Source of the DNA: Gonapodya sp. JEL0774
Lineage: Eukaryota
Assembly: GCA_027604505.1 (NCBI GenBank)
Contig: JADIIX010000115.1
Location: 1-64,000 of the forward strand
Direction of reading: 5' to 3'
Length of the DNA: 64,000 nt
Notes under the pieces: model-generated
The model's database searches: none
What the model was told of the DNA's origin: nothing
Seen by the model: only the letters and a program-made list of their open reading frames with translations
Position numbers and translations under genes: made by a program
Shown: positions 40,004-51,557 of the stretch, piece after piece
How the letters are laid out: every line of letters starts with the position of its first letter
How positions within the stretch are numbered: the first letter of the stretch is position 1

Positions 40004-41970
40004 TCAGATCTTGCTCAATGCATCGGCCCCTCTGCATTTGGATCCTCCCAACCTCTCAACCACGTTTACTGTGCACTGCACCACCATCTCATCCCTCTCA
40101 CTCACTCCACATGCCCAATCCGTGCAACCGCTTGTTACCACTGTACCCCCGGAACTCTCATCCACCCAGGAGCCAAGTACCGCCGTCCCGTAACTCAACT
40201 TTCTCACACTGGCTGGCCCGTAGTCCCCGAGAACCCTGAACGCGTTGAATTCCACTTCAGATAGTACATCATCAGGGACGGGACGGGAGGCGTCCAGGCG
40301 GTCAAACGGGCTGGCTGGAGACATTGCGAGGATCTGGAAGTTTCTGGGTGTGCCATCCTCACCCGTTGGTACGGGGAGCCCCGACGCAGGGTCGATTGTC
40401 ATGGCACAGCCGTCACATTCGTAACCTACGATGGTGGAATTGGACCCCATGACATCACCGTATGTGAGTGATGTTCCGTTGAATAGCCAATGGGAAGGTT
40501 GGTATACTGCAAAGAGCCACAATCAATTTCATCGGAAACAACCCCTCATCCGGCATCAAAACACGTTCATATGACATAGAGACTTCAAATCTCACCGGTG
40601 TATCCCCCAGAGCCCCTGGGTACTCTCTTCCGAATCCTGGCATATCCGCCGCGGCTGAAGCTCACCCCGGTCATGGTGTTTTCGGGCCGTTTTATCTCGT
40701 GATCGCTCCATATCGACGTGGTAAGATGCCGCGTGTGTGGAGAGGCGTACATCGGGTCGGAAGCAAACTGGCCCTTGTAGCAGGTCACTGGGTGCAGCCG
40801 TATCAGAAACCACCAAGAGGGGGTGGGGTAACCAATGGCCGCAAGCAGAGTACTCACTGGTTGCACCACCGTCACCTTCAGAGAGGCGAACCTGCCAGTA
40901 CGAAGTATTTCCTGAGAAGAAAGCGACGTTACCGCCTCTTGCTAAATATTGAAGAAAGTGCGTTTGTGAACGAACATGTGATTGGAACTCAAACCATTAA
41001 CCAAGACGTCGAAGCCCACCAATAAAGCTCTCAATCGAGTCCCTCATGCCTTTACTCCAGTACTCATCGTGCCCGACACTGAGCACAAGCTTCTTACCAG
41101 CAAGGACAGCGTCGCCGTGGAGTTCCAGATCCGCATTCACACATACGTCCACTGCGTCCGAGCCAACTTGCTTGTAGAGCCAAGAAAGGAAGTCTCTCTC
41201 GTAGTTGGTCCACCCTGAGGACCCACCCCATGGGGTCATATTTCCCGAGCGAAGATAACGTACGTGCTTTCGATGATTGAGATCTGACCCGGTCGCGTCA
41301 AGGTGAGCAACGCGGTTGCCCGGTCCACTTGGCTTGAAGAGAAGTCCTGGAGCCATTGGGCGGAGGAACGAAGCTCGGACTGCCCCCGTGTACCTGATTA
41401 ACGTGTGATTTAATGATTTTGAGACACGTACAGACAATCATTCACCATAGAAGCACGAAACCGAATAAAAATGGCTCACAGGTTTCTTCCCCCAAAATCA
41501 TTGTATGCGTTGTATGTGTTTGTGGAAAGCTCCAACAGAATATTCGCTTTGCTGTTGCTGGACCCTCTTACCACCACAAATGCGCGGGAGTGTTCCCAGG
41601 CTTGCCCAACAATGTCCAAGGCACCCTTCTCGTAGACTGGATTCAGGAGGATGTCATACCACCCAGACGGCCAAGTTTCTTGTGTTTCTATCTGTGCGGA
41701 TGCCGGCCATTCGCAACCTTTCTCCGGCGCGAAGTTCGGGATCGGGTGATCACCAACACCCCTGACAACTTTCGTAAAGAGATTCCTGCCATGAGGCGAA
41801 CCATCATGGAGCACAATCTTCACTTCGATTGTAGAGATGGGGGACGAAACGTGAAGAGAGAAAGATTCCCCGGCTTGTACAGAGTGTGGCCACGCATACC
41901 CCTTGATGTATGGGGCTGTCACGTTCAAAGAGTCGTAGAGAGGGGGCTTGGTGAAAGAGGCGGTGCTCAT
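40004..41970 (-). CDS. N,N-dimethylformamidase large (beta) subunit family protein
   Basis: GYAWPHSVQAGE, WPSGWY, LSTNTYNAYNDFGGRNLY, SVGHDEYWSKGMRDSIESF, GGNVAFFSGNTSYWQVR, RPENTMTGVSF, VGYECDG and GGTVVTSGCTDW. Interrupted by four GT-AG introns. Confidence 0.85.
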
Positions 41971-42229
41971 CGATCAGTATAGCGAGGAAATGCGAATCGT
42001 CATACGAATCACGGTTGGCAGATTTGGATCATGGTGCGTCGGACCGTCTTTCTGCCGAACAACCGCTACGGCTTAAATTTTCAGCACTTCCGTTGTGCTA
42101 AAATCGGTACAGAGTAAGTTGGTTGCTTGACATTGAGAGTGCGCAAAATTCTTTTCAGATGATCTTAGGGTCGTATTGGAAATGATCGTGAAGAGACGGG
42201 TGTCCAGAAACTAGCTGGGTGAGCCGTAT

Positions 42230-43237
42230 CGGGAAACCGTGGCTGGTCTCCGGCCACTCCCGATCAACTCCAAAAACAACTCCGCACAACTCCGGAGACC
42301 GGGAGTAGACGGAGGCTACGGAGTGTCTGGACTCCAGAACCCCTACTTCGGAGTTGAATTTTTGCCTCCTTTGCAATCAACCCCTCTTCTTCATTCACAT
42401 CGGCCGAGTTCTCCGCCTCACGCTTGATACCAGTAGATGGATAGATCATGTCGCGTACGGTCGCTCAGCTCTCGGGGTCCTGAAGCAACTTGGTTCTGAG
42501 AAAAGTCTCATACTGTACTTGAAGTTAGATATGAGATTGACTGCAACCAAGAGAAGACAACACCCACTGTTTTCCAATCCCTCGCTATTTGTGCATCCTT
42601 TGAGAGGTTAAATCCATTTCTGTTGAGGGAATTCTTGAACTTCAGGTCCGGTTCAGAACTCGTGCGACAGTCATTGAACAGCAACAATGTGATGTATGCA
42701 GGTATAGTCACATATATACTGTACGATCTAGATATACATCAGACGTCCGTCCTACATCTACCAGTCTGGTCTAGTACGGGACATAACTATTGGGGGGACG
42801 GCCGGCTGCATCTCGCACCCTGTCACTCCGCTGTGGCCTGTGTCCGACTATCGATCGACTCCGCTCAATCCTCTGCTGTACCTGACGAAGCCAAACCGTG
42901 ACGTATGGATGTGGTTTCGATGGTTGGAGGGAATGCGAAGATGACTTATTTATTCGCAGCTATATTCAATAGTACTTCTAATGACTACCGATGTATTTTT
43001 GCAATTCAGCTTTGAATATGTGCAATATTTTTGAAAAAATTATTTTTCGCAACAACAGAAACTTGGAGAAATTCGAGAGGATCAATAGGGTCACCTGTTG
43101 CTTAGCGAGGCGCAGGGAGTATACTGGGAGTTGCCATGGAGTGCTTATGGAGTGCTGGGCAACTCTGTAGAGGCGTCGGCACTCCGGAGTTGACGGAGTG
43201 GGGTCGGAGTGAGCCGGAGCCCAGCCACGGTTTCCTG
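42230..43237. mobile_element. Degenerate non-autonomous TIR DNA transposon, probably hAT
   Basis: Left end CGGGAAACCGTGGCTGGTCTCCGGC (42230) matches the reverse complement of the right end, CAGGAAACCGTGGCTGGGCTCCGGC (ends 43237). Clustered subterminal ACTCC/GGAGT repeats. An internal minus-strand fragment RDWKTVGVVFSWLQSISYLT resembles fungal hAT transposase. No clean TSD. Confidence 0.75.
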
Positions 43238-43270
43238 CCGATGCAGTTTTGGATCTCGCGTGCCCACATA

Positions 43271-44861
43271 CATCAGCAAAACGGGCCTCGTATCCGACTT
43301 TGGCAAATTTTATAAGGGTATTCGGAACAATGTTTGGATATATACAGGCGTGTTTATCCATATTTAGTGTATTTGAAACATGCAAAATGTGTCTGGGTAG
43401 CAGTGTTTGTATTTGGATACTGAGCAAATGTATTTGGTGTGTTCAAATAGAGGTTGTCGTATTTGGGTACTCTCAAATCTAAGTCGGAAGTGTTTGGTGA
43501 TCTGAATCTCGATTCTCACACTTCTACTTCGCTGCCGTCTCTTTGAGGAGGAAAATGGCTGTCCAGTTCACGCGGACTAGCAATTACCAGGCCTTTCATC
43601 AGCAAAATGGGCCTCGGCTTCTTTTATGCATCAGTGTGCCTAGTTGATTGCCCCGTAGGCACATTTGGGGACCTCAGTCGTGACGTGGAGGTCGGTGTCG
43701 TGGGCCTGGAGCAAATGCGATGACGATACACCAACAATGAGCAACTTCTTCAAAGGGGCGAAATCAATAAAGGAATTACATTAGAATACTCTTCTCGGTC
43801 AATTTTTCAATGGTTGTTTCCTGGATGCGTTTGTGGACTGGCCTGTTTGATGATGACTCATGCACCTTCCCACAACGAGTGGGATGACACCCTCCAAAAC
43901 CCTCCCAGCCTTATAATTAGTCAATCCCAGCGATTCTGCCGATACCTACAAAGACTTCCAATCGTATCGTCAACGGCGCGTTAAACGAGAAGACGTCGGA
44001 AAGTAGAGTGCTCGACAAGAGTACCTCTGCTGCATCGCCGCCACCATCCGCTAGTCCCGACATGTCCAGCTTGGAACACGCGGCATTTAAAGGACGAGTA
44101 CTAGACTTCGTTGCCTGTGGCTGTGAAGGTGAGTAGATGTTTCTACGTTGAACGTGGTGTCCCGGTGTGGGTGCGCTGTTCCCGCCTCTCTCTCCTGAAA
44201 CCTAACCCATCCCAACAAGCCTTCTCAAACATCCAGAACTCACGTAGAGTTGCAGACGCAGATTGAATAAGCATACGTATGGTAAGCCTTCGTTGCCCCC
44301 AAGAATAATCGTTGATTTCAATCTAGTTTACGGCATAATTTCATTATCTCTATCTGCTATCAGCCGCTTCCAATCTTGAGGCACTATTGGGGTCTGGAAT
44401 GTTCTTTGATCAGGCGCTGGTTTGTTTTCTGGTTTGTGAGGTCGCTCGGCGGGCGGCAATTGTCTTTACAAAGCAAAGTGAGTGAAAATGAGCAATTGCG
44501 GATCCCTATTGATGCAGAATACGTAGTTTTCTGCTTTATGAGTTTGACAATGTAGGCTAAGGCTTGAATACATGTAAATTACGAGCACATTTGGTTTTGA
44601 ATGCGGATGCCAGACTCTGTCCCAATACAAACCCAAACGGATATGTTGCGTTTCCCGTCCCTATCAGTATATTTGTCTATCATATTTCAAAAATTGACCG
44701 AGAATATAGAAGTCCGCGGGACACATTTGAGTGGTATTTGGTCGTATTTGGATACCGGGCCCAGTATCCAGATATCTGGATGTTGGTCTAGTGTGTTTGG
44801 CATGTTTGATGTGTTTGAATGTATTTGGATACGACGGGATACAAGGCCCGTTTTGCTGATG
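43271..44861. mobile_element. Non-autonomous TIR element flanked by TA (Tc1/mariner-like target site)
   Basis: 25-bp TIRs CATCAGCAAAACGGGCCT(C/T)GTATCC at 43271-43295 and inverted at 44837-44861, with one mismatch. TA on both sides (43269-43270, 44862-44863). Subterminal GTATTTGGATAC-like motifs. No transposase ORF recognised. Confidence 0.85.
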
Positions 44862-46167
44862 TAATTGTCCATCGTGCTCTCCTCGCTGTGATCGCATCGC
44901 AATCCGATGTCGTGCCGGATTGATTCGACTAATGGGACGACTCCTGTGGGATCTCCCGAACGCAAAGTATCGAAATGAGTCAAGGAAGCTCGTACAAGAG
45001 GCTTGAGTTGGCGTCGTGGGGCCACGGTTGTTGTGGGCCACTAATTCTGCTCCTCTCCGCACAAATTTTGCTTCGTCAAACATCATTCATCTTCGTTTCA
45101 AGCCTACTGCTCTTCTTACTTCTCGTTCTTGCTACCGTTGGGAGAATGAAAGGAAGAAACGAACGTTTCAATGAACTACGATGTGTGACGCAAGCTCAAG
45201 GGATGCATAAAAGAAAAGGAGCGCAATCACTTTTCATTTGGTGATTGAAATCTCTGCATGTGACGTTTTCAAGAAGCGACATTGGGTAGAGCAATGAATA
45301 ACCCCTTTTTTCGGGCAGAACTTCGCGGTCGAGCCCATTGCTGGATCCAGCAACAGCCTTCCGATTCTCCAAGACACATTATATGATGACAGTTTACGGC
45401 ATTTCTGGCACTTCTCTGTGCATGTTACAGTGTTTCTCAACGAAGAGCCACGGAATGTTGTACCAACAAAATCACCTTCAGATTGATGTTATATGTCTAA
45501 TGCGATACCTACAAAGGTTTTGAGAGACTGCTTCTATAAATCCTGTCCATTTGTCAGCGCAGATCGCACCGTTTTCAGATCTCCAGTACGGAAAGAAGCT
45601 GCACAGCCAATGACGTATTCTAAGACCACGCATTCTTGAGGACGTGGATCGGCAAACACCGGCACTCAGTTGTTTGCAGATATTGTTGGGGAATACATAG
45701 ACTTTCCCGTCGTACTATCATACAGATCTGCGAGCGTACTAAAGCTTCCCATATGTTTCTTGAGCAATACTTTCTAACTTACACATGAAATTTGTTGCGC
45801 TGCGCACCACATAAATTAATCTGCGACCGCAGTGTTCACTGGCGCCCAGGCAAACCCCGATACACCTACCCTCAAGCAGATATGATTTTGTATGTATGTG
45901 ACTAAGTTATGATAGCTCTAGTCTTAGCATTGAAGGCGGTTGTAACTTGACTCGTGGTTGGCCATTGTTGAGTACATGATAGAACACTCCATTCCTCTAC
46001 AAAATTAGGTACAAGAACAGACAAGAGTCGACACGATCTTTCCCAATTCGTCAAACTAAATGATTATTTCACTGCTCTTTGCTGAAGAAGAAAGTCTTTT
46101 GTTACATAGTGCTGGAGGACCAACCGTGTGACCTTGAGGGGAGCTCGGCATTTCCACCAATACCTCG

Positions 46168-49100
46168 ATGCAAGGTTTGAAACACCGCACTGGAGTTTAC
46201 GGAAAGACGAAAACCGTCCGCGCCCGTACCTTCTCGGAGGATGTGCTCAGATCCCCGGGCAAAACTATCCGACGGTACGGCGAGCTTATCCAAAAAGGTG
46301 ACGAAAGCGGAGAGACCGTACCAAACAGCGGCACGGAGAGCAACTCGGAAAGCGCTTTCAAACCTACAGTGACGGCAATCTCGGCTGGAGGGCGGCGAGA
46401 TGCGGAATCCGGGTTTGTTGTGAGCAAACGCTCCCGCAACGATGACAGCGACGATGAGGTGAACACTCCGACACAGGCCGATGCCGAGCCTGACAACTCA
46501 GCGCCTGTCACTGCGCTTTTTGCTCGCACGAAGCGGCGGAAGGCGTGGATCGTTCCAGAGGGAGAGGCCGGAGAGGCTGGTGAGGGTGAAGACGGGGACG
46601 ACAAGCAAAAGCCTGACATGCAAGAGCGTGACAGTGACGATTGTCCGGAGCACACGTCAACTACAGTATCTACAGTGGCACAGAACGGTCTCCACCGTGC
46701 GAACGGCTCTCGCACAGGAAGCGGGTCCGACAACGAGATCGAGGACAGGGTTGTGCCCGCTCGGATACGCAAGACCCGTAGACACCCTGCATTCTCTGCG
46801 GAATATGAGAACGATGACGAAGATGATGTAGATACCCCGATGAAGGTGGCCCCTGCCCCTCCTGAGACAGACTTGCCGGCAATTCCCAGCAAATCAACCC
46901 ACGCTCGCCCCATTCGGGGTCGTACTCCCACGCAAGCCACCATACCCGATCAATCTCGCAACACTCGTGGAAAAACTCCAACTTTATCTGTGACTGCTCC
47001 TGAACGATCGCGTGGTGCGCGGGGTAAAACGCCGACGGTTGGCGGAGCAGCACCTTCTTTACTCTCGGCAACTACAGGAGTGTCGCGTAATGAATCTTAT
47101 GATGTGTCAATGTCGGACGCTTTCGATTTGGATGACGATTTCGATCACCCCCCCTCGCGTATCTTGCAAACGGCGCGCAAATCGGAATCAGGAAACGGGC
47201 ACGGGTTCCCCAAATCCCCCAAACCACCGCCTAAAGTAGATGAGCAAGGTGATTATGATCTTTTGGATGGTCCGAAAGTTGTTCCTGTGCCTCGCGCATT
47301 TCCCAAGCCACCTAAGCCCCCTGCAAAGTACTTGGATCCCAACGATCATGTGCCACATGATGCCACTCCGTTACAACGACAATCCACGGCTGGGAAGAAA
47401 GATTTGCCAACGAGACCACCTCAATTGTCGAAGAACCAACCAAACGGAACAGCCCCATCAAAACTGTCCTCCAAACCGCCTCCTCGACCTCTAGCGACGT
47501 CCTCCCAACTTCCTTCCCGCCAGCAAAACTCAACCTCCACATCCAATTTTGTCAAGCCCCTTCCGACAACCAAATCTCCATCTAAAAATATTGTCCCTCC
47601 ACCACCCCGACAAGGTGAATCGGATTGCATGCGCGCCATGTCCGCCCCCCCGAGTTCATTGTTACTGTCCCACCAAAACGTGCCACCAAACCGACCTGCG
47701 CCAATGCCCGTTCAACCTTCTCGCCGAAATCCAGGCCTAATAGAAACTTCTATACCCTCCGGCAACATGCGGGAACTCACGCCCTCTCATTTCAACCGGG
47801 AACCAACCCCTTCACGCCTTACTCGGGAACCCACCCCCTCACGCACAGTTCGCGAACCCACACCATCCCGAGCTGACCGGGCACGCACACCATCCCGGAC
47901 CAATCGTGACCCAACGCCGTCTCGGTCTACACGCGGCACAACGCCGTCCGGTGCACGGACACCGTCGCGGGCGGGAACTCCAGATGTACGTCACCGCCGT
48001 GGCGGGTCGGCTGCCCCGATGTCTCCGCTCGACTACTTTCCGCGCCGCTCACCTAGCCCTCCTCCCCCTTCTCCAAGACCAGTGGGTGGTGGCAGCATGT
48101 CGACGGATCCGCTGGCCAGCTTGAATGCGCTCGCGATACCTAGACCTGAACGTAAAGGGGGTGTGCTAGCGCGTATGAAAGCTGGCAGGGCCATGGCGGC
48201 AGCGGCAGCGTCCGAGCAGGAGAGTGAGCGCGACTTTTCACAAGGTGCAGAAGAGGAGAACAAGGTTTTTGGTGCTTTGTTTGGCGGGTCTTCGGCGAAC
48301 GGAGCTATTAGCGGAAGTCGTGCCACCACCGACACTGCGTCCGCTTTTGGGGCAGGTATGTCCCAATCGCAGGGCGCCGCTTCCGCAGAGTCTATCGACT
48401 ACGCGTCCGCATCCGCATCTTTTTCTCTCTCCCAACCGCCCCCGGCGGGATCTGCCTACGAATTCATGTTCCACCACTCTCTTTCTCAAACACTTTCCCA
48501 ACATTTAAACATCTCCGCCCCCACAAGTCACTCCCAGGGAGGGGCTGGTGGAAGTGCGTCGCAGCCGGTGGAAGATGATCCGGATGCGGTGTTGCAGTCC
48601 TCTATTGATGCGATGTTGGCGGCGACGGCAGGCCCGGGACCGGGGAAGCTGATTGGAGACATTGCTAATCTCATCCGAGGCGGCGCTGGGGGGAGCGCTG
48701 GAACAGTTTCAAAACCCTCCGCGAGTCACCAGCAACAGCAGTCTCCTATCAAGAGTCAGCAACAACATAAGCGTGCAGCGAGGGTGTATGGAAGAGGGGC
48801 GACCCCTGGTAGGGGAACAACGCCATTTGAAAGAGAGGCCACTCCGGCGTTGCTGCAAGAGGATATTGAGGAAAAGGACAAACGCCGGAGCTTAGCGAAC
48901 CCAGCTGCAGGTGCCACGTATCGAGGACGGGCGCCAGGACTTGGTGGAGGCGGGGCTGGGGGCATATTTGGATATGGCTTGGGTGGTGCGCTGGATTTAG
49001 AAGCTGTGGCGGACTTGGGAAGAGAGGAGGTGAAGGTTGTGGAGGAAGATGAAGACGAAGTAAGTTAAAATGTTCTAGGCTTTACGTACTCTGACCTCTC

Positions 49101-51100
49101 ATCCACCCCCGTGGTTAAATGGTTGAAGAACGTTCTTGCGAGTGTGCACGCACTCAAGGAGTCTGGTGAAATGCGTCGGTTTGTTGACGAGATGACATAC
49201 ACCCTGGACGGCGTTGGACCGGACCAGCCCAACAACGTCAGGCAAAGCAGGTGGTTTCTTCTTTCCATCACGTTTCAATTGGTAGCAGAAACACTGACAA
49301 GGTTCATTCGCAGTTGTATTGATCTTTCGCGAAAATTCCTATCTTCTCACTACGTCCTCAAACTTCGCGCGCATAACTTCGTCCTTCCCCTCTACCGCGC
49401 CCTTGTGGGCACGCGCGATCCTCTTGTTCTAACCGCACTAGCCTTCTTCATGTGCACCCTTGCGGAGGACCGACGCAATGCCGAAACGTTCGTGGATGAA
49501 GGAGGAGTCGCGGAGGTGGTGGAGGCGGGAATGCGGGGTGTCCAAGATCCGTGGATGGGCGGTTGGATGGCAAGCAGCAAAGCAGAGCGATCAAGAGTGC
49601 GTTGTCGTGACCGGACTTGGGCGTGAAAGTTTTGAGCTGACAGATATTGTCTATGCATTCCACATAGTCCAGGGACCTTAAAGAAATCATTGTTGGATCT
49701 CCCATGTACAGGGTGGGGGTTGACGGGCAAGAGGTAAGCCGGCTCTGTTTCATTTCTGAAATTCTGGGTTCACAGCCAACGCACGCCAATAGGTTTCTCC
49801 ACCGTCTCTTCGAGGCTTGACAATCCGGCTCTTATCGCTTCTCCTCTCGCAATCTCCTCGCGCTGCTGAGAAACTTCTTCCATCGTTCGCCCCATTCAAT
49901 TTAGCCCTACTAATTGCGGACTATCAATCGAGCCTCTACGATTCCGCAGACACTGCTCTTGCCCAGTTCGACTTGTCTGATGAGAAGCCGGCTCCCACTC
50001 GGTTCGATTTTGAGGACCTCGGGCGGTGCATGAAGGTGTTGGAGACCGTCACATTAGTCGGTGAAGAGGCGAGGAAGGATGTAACTGGGCGAGATGGATG
50101 TGTAGAAGGTATGACTAAGTGCATGGTTCTGTGTCAGGGAGCAAGGAGGGCCGAGAGTACAGGCAAATTTGTGTTGGAGAGTGAGTTCAGTTATCCCTTA
50201 CAAGTCGGTAGATGAACTTAGGAACTCTAGCACTTCTCTCATTCATAGGGGCCACTGAGACAATGGTTGCCCTTACCCGGGTTTTGATGAACATTTCTGC
50301 TGACGACGAGGAATGTGCTCATCGTATCAGACTTGCCCCACGCGCCTTGTCAGCTCTCTCACAAGCAGTATTGTTTCGCCCATCCGACGCTGAAGAGGCT
50401 GGGAGAGCAAAAGCAGAAGCAGCGGCAAGGGATGAGATAGAGGAAGATGGAGAAGATGGACAGGATTTGGCAGGGAGAGAATACGATGTAATAATTGCGA
50501 GTCTCTGCTTGCTGATTAACATCGTCTCCGGGGACACCGATGCCAAGAACAGTTTGAGGTACACAAGTGAGTTTAGTTTGAATGCTTGGCTCTAGTAGGG
50601 GTTCAGATTCAAGTTCTGCTTGAAGGCTGTGCAGGTTCGTGCGCGGGCTTTGGCTCTTGCTCTCGAAAATGTTTGTGTATTGATCGGCGACCAGTGTTCG
50701 AAATGTTGGTGGAAATGTATCATGCACCACTGCCTCTCTTTAATGAAGTGAGTCCTGAACACAACAATGATGTTATAACGTTGTGTTGACGCATCTCCAA
50801 TTGCAGACCGAGCGCAACCTTATTCGCTCTTACATTGCGTTCCTTCTCGGTACTCTCTGCGTCAATAATCTGATAAATCTGCGAGAAATTCGGGAACTTC
50901 TTCCCGGTAATACCTTCCATCCACTCGCAACTCAACTTGAAGACTTTGTACGCTACCAGCAAGAAGTCATTGTGAAGAAGGCTGTGGACGCTGCTGGGGG
51001 AAACGGGAGGAATGTGGATTTACCCGGAATACAGAAGGAGGTGGAGAAGGCGTCGCGAAGAGTAATTTCTGTATTGGAGGAGATGAAACATTTTTCATGA
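46168..51100 (+). CDS. WAPL: Cohesin release factor Wapl (Wpl1/Rad61)
   Basis: A disordered N-terminal exon of about 960 aa, followed by the WAPL-domain start VHALKESGEMRRFVDEMTYTLDGV...VRQS, HEAT-like helices, LRAH, LTRVLMNIS, LCLLINIV and SYIAFLLGTL. Confidence 0.82.
47770..47982 (+). repeat. Degenerate 27-nt coding tandem repeat (xxREPTPSR) inside Wapl
   Basis: Translates as RELTPSHFN REPTPSRLT REPTPSRTV REPTPSRAD RARTPSRTN RDPTPSRST RGTTPSGA RTPSRAGTP. Confidence 0.9.
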
Positions 51101-51557
51101 CCTCGTTATTACGACTTCGAGTACTTTTACTGTCATTATTTGCGTTGTTCAATATTCCATTCTTTGTTGCGGGGTTGGCCACAACCAACTGACCTACTGG
51201 ATCTTGTGATTTCTCATTTTACTGGTTTACTGGAATAGCCCCGATTCCAACTAAAACACCTACGATTTCTCCTTTCCGGCGCCCTAATCCTACGTATCTC
51301 GCGATTTTACGTCCCAGCGTCCCCCGTGACGCACTTTTTCTTGCCGATTTAGCTCGAAGCTCCCTCTTGAACCACCATCAAGATCGAAGACTCTCTCGCC
51401 TCGCTCTCCGCCCGAAGCTTGCAGCGACTCTAGGGTGCGTCGAATGCAATTCAGTTGCTTTTCTCTCCCCCCCGTTGAACAGTCTCCGTACTCGCCCTCG
51501 CCCAACTACACCCGCCATCCCATATTTCTATTCTTCATCTCTCAGCCAACCACGCAC

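Noticed and set aside
43380..44832. Recurrent GTATTTGGATAC motifs as a CRISPR-like array
   Set aside because: The spacing is irregular, the units are short and degenerate, and the context is eukaryotic. They are better explained as transposon subterminal repeats.
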